DNA of 64,000 nucleotides from an uncultured Candidatus Saccharibacteria bacterium (GTDB lineage Bacteria; Patescibacteriota; Minisyncoccia; Phycocordibacterales; Phycocordibacteraceae): NCBI GenBank assembly GCA_964360975.1, contig CAYHYY010000001.1, positions 959 to 64,958 of the forward strand, read 5' to 3'. Shown piece by piece: positions 57,829 to 64,000 of this stretch (position 1 is its first letter; each line of letters starts with the position of its first letter). The notes under the pieces were generated by a model. It saw only the letters and a program-made list of their open reading frames with translations, ran no database searches and was not told where the DNA came from. The position numbers and the translations under genes were made by a program.

Positions 57829-58797
57829 ATGGCTTTTGTCGATGAATTGAAGATTTCCGCGAGCGCAGGGAGAGGCGGCGATGGCGTCGTCCGCTGGCTT
57901 CACGAGAAAGGGAAGGAGTTCGGTGGACCCTCAGGAGGGAACGGTGGGCGCGGGGGCGATGTCATTTTTAAGGCAATTCGAGATTTAAATGTTCTCTCTC
58001 GTTACAAAGGTCGTTCAAAATTCAAGGCTGGACGCGGCAATGATGGTGGTAGTAAGAATATGTTTGGGAAAGCAGGGGAATCAGTCGTCATCAATGTACC
58101 AGTGGGATCTGTTATTACATTGCAATCGAGCGGGCGCAAATTTGAATTGCTTAAGGATGGTGAGGAGGTTATAGCATTGCACGGTGGCAATGGCGGGCGC
58201 GGGAATGCTGAATTTAAATCGTCAACAAATCAGTATCCGGAAGAATCGACGCCAGGTAAGGAGGGAGAGTCGGATTCATTTACGATAGAACTGAAGCTCA
58301 TCGCCGACATCGGACTTATTGGGCTGCCAAACGCAGGGAAATCATCGCTTTTGAATGCGCTCACGAACGCAGGAGCAAAGGTGGGAGATTACGCGTTTAC
58401 TACGCTAGACCCCAATCTCGGCGCATTCTATGGGTACGTCATTGCCGATATTCCAGGGCTTATTGAGGGTGCTTCGTCGGGAAAAGGGCTTGGAGATAAA
58501 TTTTTAAGACACGTCTCGAGAACGAGTATTCTGGTTCACTGTATTTCGTCTGAGCAAGAGGATATGTGCGCAACGTACCAATCAATTAGAAATGAATTAA
58601 AGTCGTTTGATCCGTCACTGCTCGACAAGCGCGAGATAGTGATGATCACGAAATCCGATCTTGCGTCAGAGGCGAAATTGGCTGAAAAAGTCCATGCGTT
58701 GAAAAGTTGTGGCGTGGATGCAGTGCAGGTCACGGTTCTTGACGATGCTGAGGTGAAAAAACTTTCTGATATGCTCACCCATACGCTGAGAAATTGA
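57829..58797 (+). CDS. obg: GTPase Obg (short form without the C-terminal TGS domain)
   Basis: Gly-rich N-terminal Obg fold (GGNGGRGGDVIF). G1 GLPNAGKSSLL, G3 DIPGLIEG. Confidence 0.85.
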   Translation: MAFVDELKISASAGRGGDGVVRWLHEKGKEFGGPSGGNGGRGGDVIFKAIRDLNVLSRYKGRSKFKAGRGNDGGSKNMFGKAGESVVINVPVGSVITLQSSGRKFELLKDGEEVIALHGGNGGRGNAEFKSSTNQYPEESTPGKEGESDSFTIELKLIADIGLIGLPNAGKSSLLNALTNAGAKVGDYAFTTLDPNLGAFYGYVIADIPGLIEGASSGKGLGDKFLRHVSRTSILVHCISSEQEDMCATYQSIRNELKSFDPSLLDKREIVMITKSDLASEAKLAEKVHALKSCGVDAVQVTVLDDAEVKKLSDMLTHTLRN

Positions 58798-58827
58798 CAA
58801 ATTTGTTTCAAGTGTTATACATTCCGC

Positions 58828-60384
58828 ATGAGAGAACCCACGCCGGATAAGCGATTTGAAAAAAAGAATCCAAGGAAGATCTCTCAGGAGATAAGTTCCA
58901 AGCGTAGTGAGAGGCTGACACAATTCTTTGACCCAATAATAAAGCAGTTGGATACAGAATTGCGCTTACTGATTCTTTCTGAATTCTTCTATTTTGATAC
59001 ACATGAAAGAAAATCGAAGATTGTAATGGCGCTGAGTGAAATTAGGACCATAGTTGATCTTGCAGCACGCACGCTCACAGAGGAACGAGTAGGCTACATG
59101 CCTTCGCAAGAACTTCTTCACGAGCTCAGCAGAAGAGAACGAGGACTGCTCGCATACTTAATGAGCCCGATGTATGAGAAGCCAGACGAGAAACTACACA
59201 TAATCGAAATTAAGCATCATGAGTCATCACCTGAAGGTCGTGTGACGCTGGTGAGCCGCTTTCCTGGAAATGCGAATATGATGATCCCCGTTATTGATGA
59301 ATTGATGGGGGATGTAGGGAGGCCTGTGCAGGTGACCGCAATCACTGATGGCAAGGCTCGCAAATCACTTGAAGAGAAGTACAAAGGCAGGACAATGAAT
59401 AAGCAAACCGATAATGAATTTTTTGCGCTCAATCATTATGAGGCTGTTGGCGGAGCCGATGTAGTTTTTCTTGATGCTGCATCGGGGGATACGCTCTCAG
59501 TGTTCATGGCGGCGACATTCGCGGCTGAAAAAAAAGGGAAGGCACCAAAAATCATTATCGTCCATGACGCATACACATCCACGATGCGCATCTACGACAC
59601 GCTCAAGGAGTGGAATCTGTTGGAGCCAGATCTCATTAGCGCGATCTGTGTCATGGACGAATGGCAGAAGGAACAAATCACTAAAAAATACCCGGAGCTT
59701 AAGGAACGAATCGAAATTACTGGACAGCCCCTGTTTGATTCCATGAATGAGAGCGAGGTCAAAAGTACGAGAAAGAGAGTCCGATCCACACTTGAGTTAA
59801 AAGAGGGGGACGTACTCGTATCGGTCATGTTTACCGCTGATCCACGGGTAGGTGAAATGGAGGCGATGGCTGATGAACTTTCTAAGCTTGACGCGTCACA
59901 TCAGTCCAGGCTTTGGATCGCGGTGCGCAGACACCCAAGGAATAAACCGAGCTATGAAGCGCTAAAGGAGATCTTTTCTTCAAGAGGTTTGCGTACTAAA
60001 GATACGATGAGTGGGGAAAGAAAATTTGAAACCGAGGAGGTGCGCGTTGCCTCTGACATAGTATTGAACACCCTATCAACCGAGGGCACGGCGGCGGTTG
60101 CATATGGCATTCCTGTTGTGCATGTCGTTGATGAGAAGTTTGGCGAGTTTCCACCCGATACGATGAGAGACGTGCCTCCTGCAGAAAGTGGCGCCGCGGT
60201 TCTTCTCGAGCATGTGGGCGATCTCGTCAAAACGATCGAGGATCTCATGGATCCAGAGAGTGAAAGATCAGTATCAGTTCGCGAAGCTCAGCAAAACCAT
60301 CCGCTTCGCGCGCAAAGAGGCAAGAGTGCTAAAAATGTGGCTCATGTGGCTCGCAGGCTCCTTGGGCACCCTGCAAAGGCTTGA
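58828..60384 (+). CDS. TagF/TagB-like GT-B fold protein, divergent paralog 5 of 5
   Basis: EPDLISAICVMDEW, ITGQPLFD, and LSTEGTAAVAYGIPVVHV match the family pattern. The N-terminus is divergent and basic. Confidence 0.4.
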   Translation: MREPTPDKRFEKKNPRKISQEISSKRSERLTQFFDPIIKQLDTELRLLILSEFFYFDTHERKSKIVMALSEIRTIVDLAARTLTEERVGYMPSQELLHELSRRERGLLAYLMSPMYEKPDEKLHIIEIKHHESSPEGRVTLVSRFPGNANMMIPVIDELMGDVGRPVQVTAITDGKARKSLEEKYKGRTMNKQTDNEFFALNHYEAVGGADVVFLDAASGDTLSVFMAATFAAEKKGKAPKIIIVHDAYTSTMRIYDTLKEWNLLEPDLISAICVMDEWQKEQITKKYPELKERIEITGQPLFDSMNESEVKSTRKRVRSTLELKEGDVLVSVMFTADPRVGEMEAMADELSKLDASHQSRLWIAVRRHPRNKPSYEALKEIFSSRGLRTKDTMSGERKFETEEVRVASDIVLNTLSTEGTAAVAYGIPVVHVVDEKFGEFPPDTMRDVPPAESGAAVLLEHVGDLVKTIEDLMDPESERSVSVREAQQNHPLRAQRGKSAKNVAHVARRLLGHPAKA

Positions 60385-60437
60385 TATTCCATAGAAATGA
60401 TGTCGTTACCGAAATGTGACATTTGTGGTAGTATCCA

Positions 60438-61610
60438 ATGAATATGGATAACTCGATAAGCTCGCCCTTGTCGCCGTGGCTCGAGCGTCTAAAAGGCCTG
60501 GCTTCCTGGGTAGATCTTGGACGTCATCGGGTAGGGAAGGGACATGCAACCTATTTTATTGCTGAAATTGGCAATAACCACAACGGCGATTACTACCTTG
60601 CGAAGAAATCAATTGAGGAGGCCGCTAAAGCGGGCGCGCACGCGGTCAAATTTCAGAAACGGTTCATAAAGGAAACTTTTGCGAAGGAGCTTCTCGACAA
60701 GCCGCAAACAAAGGAGAACATCAAAGGGCGGACGTACGGTGAATATCGCGAGGGTCTCGAACTTTCTTTTGACGATTTCGTAAAGCTCAAAAATCTCGCA
60801 GACTCGCTCAATGTTTCTTTCTTTGCGACGCCATTTGATCGGAAGAGCGTCGATTTTCTTGAGAGTGTTGGTGTCCCGTTCTATAAAATTGCGTCATTTG
60901 ATCTCACGAACTTGCCACTTCTCGAGTACGTGGCAAGGAAGCGCAAACCCGTCATCCTCTCGACTGGTATGGCGACACAAGAAGAAGTTGATGAAGCGGT
61001 CGCGACAATCCTGCAACATAATTCTCAACTCATTATGCTTCATTGCGTATCGGTCTATCCATCGCCCGATGAGCATATCAATCTTGACGGGATGCTGACG
61101 ATGCAGGAGCGCTACGCGCCAATTCCTGTTGGGTACTCGGGTCATGAGCAAGATTACCTGCCAACACTGACGGCGATCGCTCGCGGCGCCAGCGTTGTGG
61201 AGCGCCATTTCACCTTGTCGAAGCTATTGCCTGGGCCTGATCATGAATCAGTAAGCCTCGACCCGCATGATTTTTCGGGGATGGTAAGAGATGCTGAGCG
61301 CATTCGGGCAATCTCCGGAGTACCCAACAAGCGAATACTCGATGAGGAAGTCGGGACCAGAAACAAGCACTCGAAAAGCATTGTCGCCCGCGTGGCGATA
61401 CCGAAGGGAACGGTGTTCACCAATTCCATGCTTACCGTGAAAAGCCCTGGTCACGGTCTTAAACCACGAGAAGTGAGTCGACTGATCGGGCAGAAAGCTG
61501 CAGTCGATATTTCTGAAGACACCATTATTCGGGCAGACGACGTCGTATGGAATGAAAAAGTAGAATCACCGAGAAAATCTGGAGAGAAGTTTGAACGCAA
61601 AGAAGTGTAA
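60438..61610 (+). CDS. NeuB-family nonulosonic-acid synthase with a C-terminal SAF/antifreeze-like domain, copy 2
   Basis: YFIAEIGNNHNGDYYLAKKSIEEAAKAGAHAVKFQK is a near-canonical NeuB N-terminus. The C-terminal domain is SAF-like. Confidence 0.8.
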   Translation: MNMDNSISSPLSPWLERLKGLASWVDLGRHRVGKGHATYFIAEIGNNHNGDYYLAKKSIEEAAKAGAHAVKFQKRFIKETFAKELLDKPQTKENIKGRTYGEYREGLELSFDDFVKLKNLADSLNVSFFATPFDRKSVDFLESVGVPFYKIASFDLTNLPLLEYVARKRKPVILSTGMATQEEVDEAVATILQHNSQLIMLHCVSVYPSPDEHINLDGMLTMQERYAPIPVGYSGHEQDYLPTLTAIARGASVVERHFTLSKLLPGPDHESVSLDPHDFSGMVRDAERIRAISGVPNKRILDEEVGTRNKHSKSIVARVAIPKGTVFTNSMLTVKSPGHGLKPREVSRLIGQKAAVDISEDTIIRADDVVWNEKVESPRKSGEKFERKEV

Positions 61611-61665
61611 TGCGATCCTACATCTCCATAGAGTGACCTACGAGAGAAACCTATATAATTTATGT

Positions 61666-62133
61666 ATGCCAACAGTACAATTTCTTAAGCAGCAAGTCTG
61701 GTCACGTGATTGGGGAGAGGAGCACCTCGTGATCCACACCGAAAGATTCACGGGGAAGCTCCTGAAGATGAAGAAGGGTACTCGCGGAGGTTTGCAATAC
61801 CACCAAAAAAAAGATGAGGCAGGCTACCTCATTTCTGGAGAGATGAGTGTCGAGTACGATGATGGTTCAGGAAAGTTACTATCGCGGAAGCTCGGTCCCG
61901 GAGATAGTCTCTACATCCCGCCAGGCGCGGTGCATCGAGAGACGGCGCTCACGGATTGCGTTATATTTGAGATTTCGAATCCTGTCTTCAATGATCGCGT
62001 TCGTGTGGAGGAGAAATACGGTGAGAAGATCGAAAGTGGGATGCCCTCAACAAAGCTGGAAGACGTAAAAGAAGGGGGTCCCCAAGTGCTCGCGGAACTC
62101 CTGTCGAATCCGCAGTATCAGCTCAAGAAGTGA
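61666..62133 (+). CDS. Stand-alone cupin, paralogous to the cupin fused to the NeuB-like protein at 25672..27342
   Basis: LQYHQKKDEAGYLISGEMSVEYDDGSGKLLSRKLGPGDSLYIPPGAVHRE parallels YHKKKEESFQVLSGELVVELEKKRKILYPGDVLVVPRGTWH. The start was taken at ATG 61666. Confidence 0.55.
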   Translation: MPTVQFLKQQVWSRDWGEEHLVIHTERFTGKLLKMKKGTRGGLQYHQKKDEAGYLISGEMSVEYDDGSGKLLSRKLGPGDSLYIPPGAVHRETALTDCVIFEISNPVFNDRVRVEEKYGEKIESGMPSTKLEDVKEGGPQVLAELLSNPQYQLKK

Positions 62134-62819
62134 GCTATCTCTGAAAGACGCGTGATCATATGAGGAGTGGGCGAATCCCACTCCTTTTTCTTACCGTAGG
62201 AGCTTCCGCTGAAACGGATGAATGCGCAGCCGAACGACTGCGCCGCCCTGTAGTCGCTCTCCAAGTCCCCGATAAAAAGTACCTCTGACGGAGACACTGA
62301 CTCATCCTGTGCGGCGATGCGGAGGTTATCGACCTTGCTCGTATCCCTGTTCGCGGGATTCTTGCCGAGTACCTTGCGGAAGTATGCATCGATGCCGAGC
62401 TTTTCCACGATGCTCGTGAGCGCTTCCTGCGGCGTGCCCGAATTCATATAGAGAGGGAATCGGGCGGAAAGCGCGGCGAGCACATCTCGCGTGTCGTCCG
62501 CCATGCCAGACTGTTCAATGAGTTCCTCTGCGAGTTTCGTGTATGCATCCGCGTAGAGACGCACACGTTCTGATGTCTTCGGATACCGCGCACCGTCCAT
62601 GATGTGTTCGATAATCTCGTATCGAGAACCCTTTGCTTCGCCATCGATCCATATCTCAAGCGCTTGAGCGATGAGCGGAGGCGTGTCGACGCCCGACCAT
62701 GAGAATCCGGCAGGGTCATGCATCGTCCTAAAGAGCGTCGACCACGCCTCGCGCTTGCCAGATTCAGAGTCGACTATGACGCCGTCAAAGTCGAGGACAA
62801 TGACCTTCGGCTGAGTCAT
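62118..62819 (-). CDS. HAD-superfamily hydrolase (phosphatase-like)
   Basis: VIVLDFDGVIVDSE (DxDGx motif I). The C-terminus carries the K...GDLESD motifs III/IV. Confidence 0.7.
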   Translation of the reverse strand: MTQPKVIVLDFDGVIVDSESGKREAWSTLFRTMHDPAGFSWSGVDTPPLIAQALEIWIDGEAKGSRYEIIEHIMDGARYPKTSERVRLYADAYTKLAEELIEQSGMADDTRDVLAALSARFPLYMNSGTPQEALTSIVEKLGIDAYFRKVLGKNPANRDTSKVDNLRIAAQDESVSPSEVLFIGDLESDYRAAQSFGCAFIRFSGSSYGKKKEWDSPTPHMITRLSEIAHFLS

Positions 62820-63153
62820 ATAGCGTACGTACCGCTTCTGGCATTACATGGCTTCATACAGGTAGGCTTGGAAAATCAGACTGTGGATTAAATATCATGA
62901 TGAATGCTGGTATTGCCTCACGACGAGATTTAAGAAATAGTAGCATGAGCGTCAGTCCAACGCGGTCTCGTCATAACGAGAAAGCATTATGAAGCCTACG
63001 CCGGTAGTCGTGAAAAGCAAAGCTTGGTGAAATCCGACCGTCACAAAACAGGGAAGCGCAATATTCTCTCACCGGAAGTTGCAATACTACTCTGCGTATA
63101 TCAGAACGTTCGGTCAAGTTGAATTTACTCTGCCTGCTGCTAGTATTCATCCC

Positions 63154-64000
63154 ATGACGTATCGGGCGACTATTGGGTTAGAAATACATGCTGAGCTGAA
63201 GACCAAGACGAAGATGTTTTGTTCGTCTCTCAATGACCCTGACGAGACCCGGCCGAACGTGAATATTTGTCCTGTCTGTGTCGGACATCCGGGGTCGCTT
63301 CCCGTCGCAAACCGGCAGGCGATAGGGCACGTACTGAAAGTTGGACTTGCGGTCGGCGGGAAGATTGCAGACTACACGGAGTTTGATAGAAAAAATTATT
63401 TCTATCCTGATTTGCCGAAGGGCTATCAAATCAGTCAGTATGAGTATCCACTGGTTTCTGGCGGAACGCTGAATGGAATTCAATTAACAAGGATACATTT
63501 GGAAGAAGATACCGCGCGATCACAACACAGCGGATCTGATACGAGCGTTGTCGATTTCAATCGGTCAGGTGTTCCGCTCATGGAGCTCGTTACCGAACCA
63601 GTCATCCATGATTCCGAAACAGCAAAAAAATTCGCGGAAGAATTACAACGAGTATTGCGTTACATCGGCGCTGGTGATGCAGACATGGAGAAGGGGCAGA
63701 TGCGCGTGGAAGCGAACATCTCAGTTTCTACCACTGACACCATGGGAGTGAAAGTTGAGGTAAAAAATCTGAATTCATTTCGTTCCGTTCTGCGTGCTAT
63801 TGAGTATGAGATCAAAAGACAGTCTGAGGCGCTCGATGCGGGTGAGGTAATTCAGCAAGAAACGCGTGGATGGGATGAGCAGAAGGGAGTAACGTACTCG
63901 CAGAGAGCAAAGGAGAGTTCTCATGACTATCGCTACTTCCCAGATCCTGATATTCCAAAACTGAGATTATCTCGTATAGCCGAGTTTCGTAGCGAGATTC
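63154..64000 (+). CDS. gatB: Asp/Glu-tRNA amidotransferase subunit B, 3'-partial (runs off the window end)
   Basis: [57 protein letters not shown]. No stop codon before nt 64000. Confidence 0.85.
   Translation, partial: MTYRATIGLEIHAELKTKTKMFCSSLNDPDETRPNVNICPVCVGHPGSLPVANRQAIGHVLKVGLAVGGKIADYTEFDRKNYFYPDLPKGYQISQYEYPLVSGGTLNGIQLTRIHLEEDTARSQHSGSDTSVVDFNRSGVPLMELVTEPVIHDSETAKKFAEELQRVLRYIGAGDADMEKGQMRVEANISVSTTDTMGVKVEVKNLNSFRSVLRAIEYEIKRQSEALDAGEVIQQETRGWDEQKGVTYSQRAKESSHDYRYFPDPDIPKLRLSRIAEFRSEI

Noticed and set aside
62820-63153. 334 bp divergent intergenic region between the HAD gene and gatB
   Set aside because: No repeats, palindromes or ORFs were found. It is presumably just the two promoters.

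Overview
Dense, almost gap-free 64 kb window. Most genes are on the + strand, and many adjacent genes overlap by 4 to 17 nt (ATGA and ATGAGTAG start/stop overlaps). Almost the whole window is one large glycan biosynthesis and glycosylation island, with housekeeping genes scattered through it: glmM, murB, secA, obg, and a partial gatB at the 3' edge. The gene content and layout are consistent with a small streamlined bacterial genome (this is inference only). The content includes a lamin-tail-domain surface protein, an extended short-chain dehydrogenase (SDR) fold epimerase/dehydratase fused to half a GT4 fold, a separate epimerase/dehydratase–GT2 fusion, and six GT4 glycosyltransferases. There is a GT2 polyprenyl-phosphate sugar synthase next to a flippase-like membrane protein and a GT-C (PMT/ArnT-like) transferase. 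There are two AsnB-family amidotransferases, seven SAM methyltransferases of four kinds, and a hexapeptide acetyltransferase. Further items are a GT9 heptosyltransferase-like gene plus an HldD-like epimerase, a GDP-6-deoxyhexose module (gmd, RmlC-like, reductase), an MsbA-like ABC exporter, and a Wzy_C/O-antigen-ligase-like protein with a TPR tail. Two nonulosonic-acid modules are present: two NeuB-like synthases, two CMP-sugar cytidylyltransferases, and a cupin that is fused to one NeuB and free-standing next to the other. The less ordinary content is a family of five divergent paralogous TagF-like GT-B proteins spread through the island. There is also a ~170 bp multi-hairpin element present twice (after the Gfo/Idh/MocA gene and after secA) that carries compensatory hairpin mutations, and a ~350 nt hairpin-rich non-coding stretch. 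A 168 bp imperfect palindrome has 20 bp perfect terminal inverted repeats. A TrpR-like regulator is bracketed by two copies of an 18 bp palindrome. No rRNA, tRNA or CRISPR array was seen.
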